From an uncultured delta proteobacterium (lineage in GTDB: Bacteria > Myxococcota_A > Polyangia > Polyangiales > JAFGIB01): a stretch of 64,000 nucleotides of DNA. How positions within the stretch are numbered: the first letter of the stretch is position 1; every line of letters begins with the position of its first letter. The translations under genes were made by a program, and so were the position numbers. Location: contig CAVZVA010000010.1 of assembly GCA_963778655.1 (NCBI GenBank), positions 1,216,001 through 1,280,000 on the forward strand, in the 5' to 3' direction. The notes under the pieces are model-generated. The model worked only from the letters and a program-made list of their open reading frames with translations. It had not been told where the DNA came from and did no database searches. Of the stretch, positions 20,974 through 29,792 are shown piece after piece.

Positions 20974-21953
20974 GTGTCCTCTGTGCTCGAATGGACGGGG
21001 CGTGCGAGCACGTCGTCGAGCATCGCCTGGACCTGTTCTTCGAGCGTGCCCGAGAGCGGGCGCACCAGCTCGCGGTAGCTGCGGGCGATCGCCTTGAGGT
21101 GCTTGCGCACGCCGCGCACCGTCGACAGCGACAGCTCGCTCGAGGCGCGGGCGAGCTTCTCGCCCACGCGCTCTTCGCGCGTGAGGCAGATGCGGCGGGA
21201 GGGATCGCGCTCGATGTAAGGCACGGCCTTGCGCCTGCGGTCGTCGAGCGCGCGGCCGGCCTTGCAGTAGACGAAGCCCACGTGCGGACCCACCCAGCGC
21301 CGGAAGCGCTCGTCGAACACGCGCTCGTCGCGCTCGGCGCAGCCGCCGCGCGCGGTCAGCGCCCAGCCGACCTTGAGGATGCCGTCACAGGCACGCGCGA
21401 AGTACTCGATATCGGCGATCTCTCGGGTCACGTACGGGTGCGCGCCCGCGGGAGCCCGGCGCCGGATGTGCTCGTGAAGCTGCACGTAATCCTCGCGCGC
21501 GTGCAGCTCGGCGGCCCGCAGCAGGCGCACGTCCTTCCAGCCCAAACGCGCGATCATGCCGCGCAGCACGTGCTCGTAGCCGCGCGCGCGGTCGGCGACC
21601 AGATCGGCCGCGATGCCGTTGCACAGCGCGTGCGCGTCGGCGATCAACAGCGCGATGCCCTCGGCGTGCACCGCGCGGCGCGCGCGCTCCGCAGCCAGCA
21701 GCATGCCGAGCGCGTCGACCGGCAGCGCCCTGCTCAACTCGTCGTTGGAGGCCAGGCCGACGCCGACGAACACCGCGCGCGGCGCGGGCGCGCGTGCCTC
21801 GACGTGAGCCAGACCCGCGAGAGACGGCCGCGTCGCGAACAGCGATTGCTGTGTGACGACGTGGGCGAGCTTGGGCAGCACCGAGGCGTGCGTGCGCGGC
21901 GCGGGTGCCCGCGGGCCAGGACGGACAAATTGCGTTTCTCGGATAGGGCTCAT
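20970..21953 (-). CDS. Hypothetical protein with class Ic aminoacyl-tRNA synthetase/CDPS-like features
   Basis: VFVGVG, LLIADAHA, Y...EIADI..F, KVGW; its stop overlaps the sulfotransferase start (GTGA); start approximate. Confidence 0.65.
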   Translation of the reverse strand: MSPIRETQFVRPGPRAPAPRTHASVLPKLAHVVTQQSLFATRPSLAGLAHVEARAPAPRAVFVGVGLASNDELSRALPVDALGMLLAAERARRAVHAEGIALLIADAHALCNGIAADLVADRARGYEHVLRGMIARLGWKDVRLLRAAELHAREDYVQLHEHIRRRAPAGAHPYVTREIADIEYFARACDGILKVGWALTARGGCAERDERVFDERFRRWVGPHVGFVYCKAGRALDDRRRKAVPYIERDPSRRICLTREERVGEKLARASSELSLSTVRGVRKHLKAIARSYRELVRPLSGTLEEQVQAMLDDVLARPVHSSTEDT

Positions 21954-22235
21954 CGTTCGAGTCCGAAGACCGGGACGCTGCTGCCCGACCCGCGCGCGAG
22001 GCGCCCGCATCATCCGCGAGGATGTGGCAACGGGCGCGACGCACGGCCGAGCGTAGCTTGAGGCTAGTGCGAGAAGCGCGGCACGTCCACTGACTGGCGG
22101 CGCCATGCCGCGGACCTCGCAATTTGACGCTCGCCGCTCGGTCCTCTAGCGTCGTTGCACGCGCGCAGCATCGACGCGCGCAGGCGCGAGCCTGTGTGCC
22201 GGTGTCGCCGTGGCGCGCACAACGGACCGGAGCTG

Positions 22236-23666
22236 ATGCGAAGCCGAACTTTCGGACTGGTCGCGATGCTCGGCGTGCTCGCAAGCGGGGCCGCCGCGAT
22301 TGGGTTGCGCGAGCGCGGCGACGCCAGCTCGGGCGCGCTCGCCACGTACCTGGGCCTCGACTCGCGGCCCGAGCCCGACCGGGCCGAGCCCATCGAGCTG
22401 CGGCCGCCGGACGGCAGCGCGGTGATGGTGAAGATGCCGCCCTACGGCGCGCCGTCGATCCCCAGCGGCGAGTTGCGCGCCGTGGCCTACGAGCTCGACA
22501 GCCGCATCTTCGCGCGCCCCGCCAAGCACCCGACCGCGATCGGTCTGGTGCGCCGCGGAATGGCGCTGCGCGTGGCCGAGCGCGTCGCCGGGCCGGCCTG
22601 CCGCGGCGCGTGGTATGCCCTCAGCGGCCGCGGCTACGTGTGCAGCGGCGGCGGATTCGCGGTCTCGCGCCATGCCGACGTCGCCACCACACGGCAGCCC
22701 CCGCCCGACGTCAGCCGCGCGCTGCCGTTCCAGTACGGCCGCATCAACACCCGCAGCGCGCTGCGCTTCTACCGCATCCCCACTCCGAGCGAGGAGCTCG
22801 CGATCCAGGCGCACGCGGACGGCGAGCCCTGGCCCGAGGTGGTCTCCAAGCGGCTCGACGGCGACTACTTCGTCGCCATCGACCGTGTCGAGAAGGCGGC
22901 AGACCGTGCCTTCTACCGCACCATCGCCGGCCGCTACGTACGCACAGGCGACGTCGACCTCAAGGCCGAGCCGGGGCTGCACGGGCAGCTGCTGCAGCAG
23001 GGCATGCAGCTGCCGGTCGCGTTCGTGTACGGCAAGCAACCGAGCGTGCCGCTGCTGCGCAAGCAGGAGGGACGCGCGCAGGTGGTGGGCAGCGCCTACA
23101 AGTTCGCGCGCTTCGAGGTTGCGGCCGTGACGACCTGGGGAGACACCGAGGTTGCGGTGGGTCGCGACGGGCTCGGGGTGGCGCGCCGCCACGTGCGCAT
23201 CGCGCGCGCCACCGAGCGGCCCTCGAGCGTGCCCCCCGGGGCCAAGTGGATCCACGTCGATCTCGGGCGTCAGGTGCTGGTCGCCTATCGAGGCGCGAAC
23301 CCGGTGTTCGCGACGCTGGTGTCGAGCGGCCGCGAAGACGGGCACGCCACGCCCACCGGGTTGTTCCACGTGCGCGAGAAGCACATCACCGTCACCATGC
23401 GCGGCGACGACCCGGTGCAGGGCCCCTACGAAGTCGCCGACGTGCCTTGGACCATGTACTACTTCGACAGCTATGCGCTGCACGGCGCCTACTGGCACGA
23501 CGACTTCGGCAACACCCGCAGCCACGGCTGCACCAATCTCTCGCCCGCCGACGCACGCTGGCTGTTCCGCTTCACCGACGACCCGCTGCCGGCCGGCTGG
23601 CACGCACGCCGGCAGCTCAAGGGCACCTTCGTCTACTTCACCCGCGACCAGAGCGCGGAGAGCTGA
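22236..23666 (+). CDS. L,D-transpeptidase (YkuD) family protein
   Basis: N-terminal anchor; IHVDLGRQ, TPTG.F, ALHGAYWH...SHGCTNL. Confidence 0.9.
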   Translation: MRSRTFGLVAMLGVLASGAAAIGLRERGDASSGALATYLGLDSRPEPDRAEPIELRPPDGSAVMVKMPPYGAPSIPSGELRAVAYELDSRIFARPAKHPTAIGLVRRGMALRVAERVAGPACRGAWYALSGRGYVCSGGGFAVSRHADVATTRQPPPDVSRALPFQYGRINTRSALRFYRIPTPSEELAIQAHADGEPWPEVVSKRLDGDYFVAIDRVEKAADRAFYRTIAGRYVRTGDVDLKAEPGLHGQLLQQGMQLPVAFVYGKQPSVPLLRKQEGRAQVVGSAYKFARFEVAAVTTWGDTEVAVGRDGLGVARRHVRIARATERPSSVPPGAKWIHVDLGRQVLVAYRGANPVFATLVSSGREDGHATPTGLFHVREKHITVTMRGDDPVQGPYEVADVPWTMYYFDSYALHGAYWHDDFGNTRSHGCTNLSPADARWLFRFTDDPLPAGWHARRQLKGTFVYFTRDQSAES

Positions 23667-23678
23667 GCCCGCGAGCTC

Positions 23679-25220
23679 TCAATACGCCTTGGCCCAGACC
23701 ACGCGTTGCTTCGACGGCTTACCGGTGAAGGGACAGGTGCCGGGACCCTCCTGGTCCTCCAGCGGGATGCAGCGTAGCGTGACGCCGAGGTCGGCCTTGA
23801 GCTTGGCCTCGATCTCGGGCTCTCCACACCAGTGGCTCAGCGCGAAGCCGCCGTGGATCTCCTGGCGCTCCTCGTCGTCGTCGTGCCTGCCGCCTTTGGG
23901 GGTGAAGAAGGCATAGAGCTCATCCTTGTCGTCGATCAGCCGGGTGTGCGCGCGGCGGTGCTCGAGCGCACGCGCGAACAGGTTGTCCTGGATCTGGTCG
24001 AGCAGCGCGCCGACGCCCGACACGAAGGCATCGCGCGGTACGCTCTGCTTGCTCGAGGGAGGCTGATCGCGGCGGCCCACGAACACCGTTCCGGCGGCCA
24101 TGTCGCGCGGCCCCACCTCCACCCGCAGCGGCACGCCCTTTTTGATCCAGCTCCAGATCTTCTCGCCGCCGCGCAGATCGCGCAGGTCGAGCGTGGCCTC
24201 GACCTGCGCGTCGCCGTAGCGGGTCGCGCGCAAGTCGCTCTGCAGCTTGCGGCAATAGGCCAGCACCTTGTCGGGATCCTCGGCCTTGGCCGTGATCGGC
24301 AGGATGACGACGTGGCTGGGGGCCAGCCGTGGCGGCACGACGAAACCGTCGTCGTCGGCGTGGGTCATCACCATCCCGCCCAGCAGGCGCGTGGACACGC
24401 CCCACGAGGTCGTCCACGCGTACTGCAGCTCGCCGGCCTCGTTCTGGAAGCGGATCTCCTGCGCGCGTGCGAAGTTCTGGCCGAGGAAGTGCGAGGTGCC
24501 GGCCTGCAGTGCCTTGCGGTCCTGCATCATCGCCTCGATGCAATAGGTCGAGACCGCGCCCGGAAAGCGCTCGGCCGCTGACTTCTCGCCCTTGATCACG
24601 GGAATGGCCATGTAGCGCTCGGCGAAGTCCGCGTAGATGTCGAGCATGCGGCGCGTCTCTTCCCGCGCCTCGGCCTCGCTCGCGTGCGCGGTGTGGCCTT
24701 CCTGCCACAGAAACTCGGTGGTACGCAGAAACATCCGCGTCCGCATCTCCCAGCGCACGACGTTGGCCCACTGGTTGATCAGCAACGGCAGGTCGCGGTA
24801 CGAGCTGATCCACTTGGCGAACATCGCGCCGATGATCGTTTCGGACGTGGGCCGCACGATCAGCGGCTCCTCCAGCTCCCCGGCCGGCACCAGCTTGCCG
24901 TCGGGGCCTTGCTCCAGGCGGTGGTGGGTGACCACCGCGCACTCCTTGGCGAAGCCCTCGATGTGCTCGGCTTCCTTTTCGAGAAAGCTCATGGGGATGA
25001 ACAGCGGAAAGTACGCGTTCTGGTGCCCGCTCTCCTTGAACATGCGATCGAGCACGCGCTGCACGTTTTCCCACAACGCGTAGCCCCACGGCTTGATCAC
25101 CATGCAGCCGCGCACCGGGGAGGCCTCCGCCAGCTCGGCGGCCCGGACCACCTGCTGGTACCACTCGGGGTAGTTCTCCTCTCGCGTGGGCGAGACCGCG
25201 TGCTCCGCCTTCTTGGCCAT
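23679..25220 (-). CDS. proS: Proline--tRNA ligase (archaeal/eukaryote-type)
   Basis: VRPTSET, NQWANVVRWE, FLWQEGHT, QAGTSHFLGQNF, C-terminal AKAY. Confidence 0.97.
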   Translation of the reverse strand: MAKKAEHAVSPTREENYPEWYQQVVRAAELAEASPVRGCMVIKPWGYALWENVQRVLDRMFKESGHQNAYFPLFIPMSFLEKEAEHIEGFAKECAVVTHHRLEQGPDGKLVPAGELEEPLIVRPTSETIIGAMFAKWISSYRDLPLLINQWANVVRWEMRTRMFLRTTEFLWQEGHTAHASEAEAREETRRMLDIYADFAERYMAIPVIKGEKSAAERFPGAVSTYCIEAMMQDRKALQAGTSHFLGQNFARAQEIRFQNEAGELQYAWTTSWGVSTRLLGGMVMTHADDDGFVVPPRLAPSHVVILPITAKAEDPDKVLAYCRKLQSDLRATRYGDAQVEATLDLRDLRGGEKIWSWIKKGVPLRVEVGPRDMAAGTVFVGRRDQPPSSKQSVPRDAFVSGVGALLDQIQDNLFARALEHRRAHTRLIDDKDELYAFFTPKGGRHDDDEERQEIHGGFALSHWCGEPEIEAKLKADLGVTLRCIPLEDQEGPGTCPFTGKPSKQRVVWAKAY

Positions 25221-25285
25221 GGCGCGAAGGATACACAGGAAGCGCGGCTCGTCCACGCGATTGCGCTTTGTGGGGCGCGGCGCGC

Positions 25286-26338
25286 TCAGCGTGCAGGTGC
25301 AGGCGGCTCGAACATGAACAACGGCGTCGGCCGGCCCTCGGAGCTTGCGTAGATGGTGCGGCCGTCACGGGCGAAGGCCGCGGCCTCGAGCCCCTGCATC
25401 GGGGGCGAGGGCACGCGCAGCGGCAAGCGCGAGAAGGCGCTCGCCCAGCTCTCGCCTGGCGCGCGCTCGAACAGGTAGCCCTCCTTGTACGTGAAGACGA
25501 TCGCTCGCCTTGCGTCAGGCGAGACATCCATCGCGGTGGGTCGCGACAAGCTCTTGCTTCTGCGGTGATGCGCGATCTCGGCCCGCGTCGGCTGTGGAAT
25601 GCCGGGCACCGCGCCCAGGCGCCGCGCCACGATCAGGTGCTCGATCGACTGCGGATCGTCGTGCCGCGGTTGCAGCTCGACCGCGAAGAGCACAGGGGGA
25701 ACCACACGCTTTTGCAGCAGCAAGATGCGGCGCGCCGGGGCGTCGACGCCGACCGCCTCGCAGTCGGCGGGACCATCCGGAAAGCGCACGCGCAGCACCC
25801 ACTTGGGCGTGACCTCGGCGCCGGCGCCGAAGCGCGCGCCACGCAGCTCGGGCTCGGGCACGATGTAGAGCGTGACCGCCGGACGCCACGAGAAATTGTC
25901 GCCAACGTCGGCGATCAGCAGGTAAGGCGCTCCATCGAGCTCGAAGGCGGCCAGATCCTCCCAATCCCTGTTGAAGGCCCCGCGCACGGTGACCACGCCG
26001 CGGTCGCTGCCGTCTGCACCGAGCGCGTACAGGAAGGGTCCGTCGCCGCTGTCGTTGAGCGCCCAGAGCAGATCGTCACGGCGGCGTGAAACGGCCAGAC
26101 CGCTGAGCTCGTCGAGCCTCGCGTTGGCGATCGATCCTCGATAGGTCACGGGCCCGTAGCCGGCGAGCGCCAGGCGGTCGGGCGCAACCGTGAAGCGGGC
26201 CGGCTTGCGCAGTGCGGCGCGCAGGCTCGAGGCGAGGTCCAGGTGGAAGTGAACGACCAGAAAGGCCAGCCCGAGCAGCGGCACGGCCGCGATCGCCAGT
26301 GCCGCGATCGAGAGCCACCGCACGAGGCGCCGACGCAT
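25286..26338 (-). CDS. Membrane-anchored hypothetical protein, probable beta-propeller
   Basis: N-terminal TM; ELSGLA, NDSG, DWEDLA, IADVGDN, DCEA, SSEG repeats typical of propeller-type exported proteins. Confidence 0.7.
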   Translation of the reverse strand: MRRRLVRWLSIAALAIAAVPLLGLAFLVVHFHLDLASSLRAALRKPARFTVAPDRLALAGYGPVTYRGSIANARLDELSGLAVSRRRDDLLWALNDSGDGPFLYALGADGSDRGVVTVRGAFNRDWEDLAAFELDGAPYLLIADVGDNFSWRPAVTLYIVPEPELRGARFGAGAEVTPKWVLRVRFPDGPADCEAVGVDAPARRILLLQKRVVPPVLFAVELQPRHDDPQSIEHLIVARRLGAVPGIPQPTRAEIAHHRRSKSLSRPTAMDVSPDARRAIVFTYKEGYLFERAPGESWASAFSRLPLRVPSPPMQGLEAAAFARDGRTIYASSEGRPTPLFMFEPPAPAR

Positions 26339-26734
26339 GCGGCCGCACTTTGGGCGAGCCTCCGGCCGCTGTCGATGATGTCCCCGGCCCTGGAGCGTGA
26401 ACAACCTGTGGACAACGCGTGGAAAGCGAATTGGGACGAAAATTCGAGATCCCCGCCGGGATCGACGCCGCGTGGACGCCCGGCCACGACTTGCTGCTCG
26501 GTCCGGGTGATTCCGATATCTTCTAGCAATTTCTTGTGATTAGACTCTTGGTCCGGAGCTCGAAATTGTCTGTGTGAGGCGTCGTATGGAGCCCTCCAAC
26601 GTCCCACAACGGCAGTATGATCGCACATGTCCCAATTTTGGTATCTCGGAATTTTTCTTGTTGAAACAGAAATCTTCGTCACGTATAGATCCACGCGATC
26701 CCCTGGCTTTTCTACCTTGCAGCGGAGCGACCCA

Positions 26735-27058
26735 ATGAACAGAGAAGAAATTCGTGAATGGCTGATGGACTGGTTGGCCGACAAGGTCGGCATCTCCCCT
26801 GAAGACGTCGAAAGCGATCGCACGTTTGCCAGCTACGGGCTGGAGGCGGACGACTTCGCGGAGCTCGTCAGCGCGATCGAGGAGGACTTCGAAGAGAGCC
26901 TCGAGGCGGACGCGGTGCGCCCGCGCTCGACGCTGGCGAGCCTCACGCGCTACCTGTGCGAGCTGACCGGCGCCGACGACGAGGAGCTCGTGCAGAGCGA
27001 AGAGAGTGCTCGCGAGATCGACATGGAGGAGATCGCGCGCGACATCGGCCTGCAGTGA
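26735..27058 (+). CDS. Acyl carrier protein-like protein lacking the conserved serine
   Basis: RBS ggag; EEIREWL..WLA...I.P..V...RTFASYGLEA...ELVSAIEE.F...TLASL..YL matches the ACP pattern, with GLEA in place of GLDS. Confidence 0.75.
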   Translation: MNREEIREWLMDWLADKVGISPEDVESDRTFASYGLEADDFAELVSAIEEDFEESLEADAVRPRSTLASLTRYLCELTGADDEELVQSEESAREIDMEEIARDIGLQ

Positions 27059-27167
27059 GCGTTGGCGCGCCAGCCCGGGGCGCGGACGCATACGGCAGCA
27101 CTTCGGGGTTTCGGCACCTCAGCTCGTTTGCTAAAGTGCCCGCCACGCGACGAGCCGGACAAGCGGA

Positions 27168-27195
27168 GCTCGCGGCTCGCAACAGAGCCGCGAGC
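27168..27195. other. Perfect 11-bp hairpin between the ACP-like and PASTA genes
   Basis: gctcgcggctc-gcaaca-gagccgcgagc; no U-tract. Confidence 0.5.
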
Positions 27196-27211
27196 CCTGA
27201 CGTAGCGTGCC

Positions 27212-28012
27212 GTGATGAGCGCCGATCCCAGTTACATCCCGGGGCAGCGCAGGCCGGGCTTCGGCACCGTGGTGTTCATCTCTACGCTGACCTCCGCGGT
27301 GGTCAGCGTGCTCACGGTTGGGCTGCTGTTGCGCTACGGCTCACTGGCGCAGGTGCTGCTGGCCGCGGCGCCCCCGGCCGCGCCTGCGGCCGCGAGCGAT
27401 GCGCAGGACGCGCGCGTTCCTGACGTGGCGAACATGTCGGCCGACGCGGCCGACGAGCTATTGTCCGCGCGCAAGTTGCGTCTGGTGGTCAAGGAGCGCC
27501 GGCCCGATCCCAATGTCCCGGCCGGCTCGGTCATCGCGCAGAGCCCGCTGGCGCAGTCTCGCATCGAGCCGGGCGCCGAGGTCGCGGTGGTGCTCTCCAC
27601 CGGTCCGGCGCGCGCGCAGATTCCGGACGTGGCGGGACAGCCGATCGACAAGGCCAAGGAGGCGCTGGAGGCCGTGGGCTTGCACGTGGGCCCGATCTCC
27701 GAGTCGGACACCGAGGGCGGCGAGCCGGGCACGGTCGTCGGCACCACGCCGGCAGCCGGCACGGCGCTCGACCCCGGCGTGGCCGTGGCACTGACCGTCG
27801 CGCGCGCTGCGGTCGAGGTGCCGCGCCTGCTCGGCGAGCACATCAGCAAGGCGCGCAAGGAGATCGCCAAGGCCGGGCTCAGCGTGGGCAGCGTCAGCGA
27901 GATCTACGATGCGCACCGCCGCGGCTATCTGGTGCTGAGCCAGAACCCCGACCCGGGCACCCATCTGCCCAAGGGCGGCAAGGTCAACCTGGTCGTCAAT
28001 CAGGGCGACTGA
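27212..28012 (+). CDS. PASTA domain protein (TM + 3 PASTA repeats)
   Basis: VPDV/IPDV/VPRL repeat starts, G.VIAQSP, VLSQNP.PG. Confidence 0.88.
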   Translation: MMSADPSYIPGQRRPGFGTVVFISTLTSAVVSVLTVGLLLRYGSLAQVLLAAAPPAAPAAASDAQDARVPDVANMSADAADELLSARKLRLVVKERRPDPNVPAGSVIAQSPLAQSRIEPGAEVAVVLSTGPARAQIPDVAGQPIDKAKEALEAVGLHVGPISESDTEGGEPGTVVGTTPAAGTALDPGVAVALTVARAAVEVPRLLGEHISKARKEIAKAGLSVGSVSEIYDAHRRGYLVLSQNPDPGTHLPKGGKVNLVVNQGD

Positions 28013-28050
28013 GGGCTCGAGCAGCGGGGCCGCGTCGCGCGGCAAGCCGC

Positions 28051-29199
28051 TCAGAACGCGCAGATCGTGTGGGCGGCGCCCGAGGCGGGATAGCGGTAGA
28101 CCGAGGCCAGGCACATCTCGTCGGTGGTGCTCTGGCCGAAGGTGACCGCGGCGCCGGTGTTGTTCACGAATGTGCAGTCGACCTGGACCTTGTCGCCCTT
28201 GGCCACGGGCACCGGATCCATGGAGTAGTAGACCTGCTCGTCGAAAGTGTAGGGGCCGTCGTGCAGCACGACCGAACCGCTGGCCGCGGACTGCAGCGTC
28301 ACCTTCTGGTGCGTGCCCAGCAAGTGCATGTGGGGCTGCACCGCGAAGATGTTGGTGTCCGCGTCCATCGTGCAGCTGCCGGAGACCACCGTCTCTTGGC
28401 CGTTGGGCGGAATGCTGAACAGCAGCGGGCCTGCCAGCATGTTGTCCGCCAGGTACTTCACGTCCTCTTTGTTCATCAGCAGCACTTCGTTGCCGGATTC
28501 GCCGGTGATGGGCTGCGAGCTGACGTTGAACAGGTGCAGGTTGGAGTTGAGCTGCTGGCCCGCGGCGATCTTGAGCGCGACGCCGTCCGGGAACACGATG
28601 TCGCGCGTGCCGACGCCGGAGCCGAAGATCATGTTCGGCGCGGTCCCGCCGCCGAACGCGCTGCAGTTCGAGATCCCGTCGGGACCGGTCGGCGCGCCGA
28701 CCGTCAACACGGTATGGTGCGTGCCAACCGGTGCGATCGCGCGGAAGCCGTGGATGTAGAGATCGTGGTCGACGGTCTGAAGCACGCACTGATAGGTTTC
28801 CTGGCCGCCGGCGAGCTGCCACTTGCCCTTGAGCAGCACGGTCCAGCCGTCGGCGCCGGTGCTGCCGACCTCGCCGGTGCTGCCGACCTCGCCGGGGGCG
28901 GCTGTGCCCGCGTCGAGCGCCGCGGGTCCGGCTCCGGCCGCGCCGGTGCCGTTCGGCGGCGCCGCGCTGTCCGCGCCAGCCGCACCGCTTGGCAGCGCTG
29001 CGCCGTCCGCGCCCGCCATGCCGCTCGGTAGCGCCGCGCTGCCGGATCCACCGGAGCTTGCCGTCATCGTCGTGCTGCCCTTCGATGCTGGCGCTTTGGT
29101 CTTGCTCGGCTGCGTTCCTGCCGTCGCGTCGCTCGACGAGCACGCCGCCAAGAGCCCGAATACCATCACTGCGATACTAACCTTCACCATGTAACCCAT
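28051..29199 (-). CDS. Copper type II (PHM/DBH-like) monooxygenase-like lipoprotein
   Basis: Lipobox LLAAC; THH, LHLFN, PHMH, EMC. Confidence 0.75.
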   Translation of the reverse strand: MGYMVKVSIAVMVFGLLAACSSSDATAGTQPSKTKAPASKGSTTMTASSGGSGSAALPSGMAGADGAALPSGAAGADSAAPPNGTGAAGAGPAALDAGTAAPGEVGSTGEVGSTGADGWTVLLKGKWQLAGGQETYQCVLQTVDHDLYIHGFRAIAPVGTHHTVLTVGAPTGPDGISNCSAFGGGTAPNMIFGSGVGTRDIVFPDGVALKIAAGQQLNSNLHLFNVSSQPITGESGNEVLLMNKEDVKYLADNMLAGPLLFSIPPNGQETVVSGSCTMDADTNIFAVQPHMHLLGTHQKVTLQSAASGSVVLHDGPYTFDEQVYYSMDPVPVAKGDKVQVDCTFVNNTGAAVTFGQSTTDEMCLASVYRYPASGAAHTICAF

Positions 29200-29384
29200 G
29201 TTCTGGGTTTAGCCGACTGAAGGGCATGCCTCAATCAAACGTCCGAGATATTCCGAGCTTCCTTCAAGCGCGTTGTGCAAGTTCAAGTTCCTGTGAACGC
29301 TGCATCGCAGCAGTCATGTACATATGCTGCGGGAAGCGGGTAGGCGCGTGCGCAGTGCAATGACATACTGCGCCACAGGTGAGC

Positions 29385-29774
29385 ATGGAGAGACTCTTCT
29401 TGTTGCTGGCTGGTGCGAACGGCATGCTCGCCGTGGCCCTCGGCGCGTTCGGCGCGCACGGCCTGCGGGCTCGCCTGCTACCGCTCGCCGATGGCGCGCA
29501 GCGGCTATCCTGGTGGGAGACCGCCGCGCACTATCACCTCGCGCACGCGCTGGCGCTCGGGCTGAGTGCGCAGCTGGTTGCGCGCAGCCAGGGGGTGAGC
29601 GCGCAGGTCGCTGGTTTTTGCTTCGTCGCCGGAATCCTGCTGTTCAGCGGCAGCCTCTACACCATGACCCTGACCGGCGCGCGCGCGCTCGGCGCCGTCA
29701 CGCCCGTCGGCGGCCTGCTGCTGCTGTGCGGCTGGGCGGCGATCATCATCGCCGCCTGGCGCATGCGCGCCTAG
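29385..29774 (+). CDS. DUF423 family small membrane protein
   Basis: VALGAFGAHGL, WETA..YH..HA, GILLFSGSLY, TPVGG. Confidence 0.9.
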   Translation: MERLFLLLAGANGMLAVALGAFGAHGLRARLLPLADGAQRLSWWETAAHYHLAHALALGLSAQLVARSQGVSAQVAGFCFVAGILLFSGSLYTMTLTGARALGAVTPVGGLLLLCGWAAIIIAAWRMRA

Positions 29775-29792
29775 CGCGCTCCAGCTACGGAG

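Noticed and set aside
26408..26416. DnaA-box-like tgtggacaa in an AT-rich gap (possible origin)
   Set aside because: Single mismatched box, no box cluster and no dnaA/par genes
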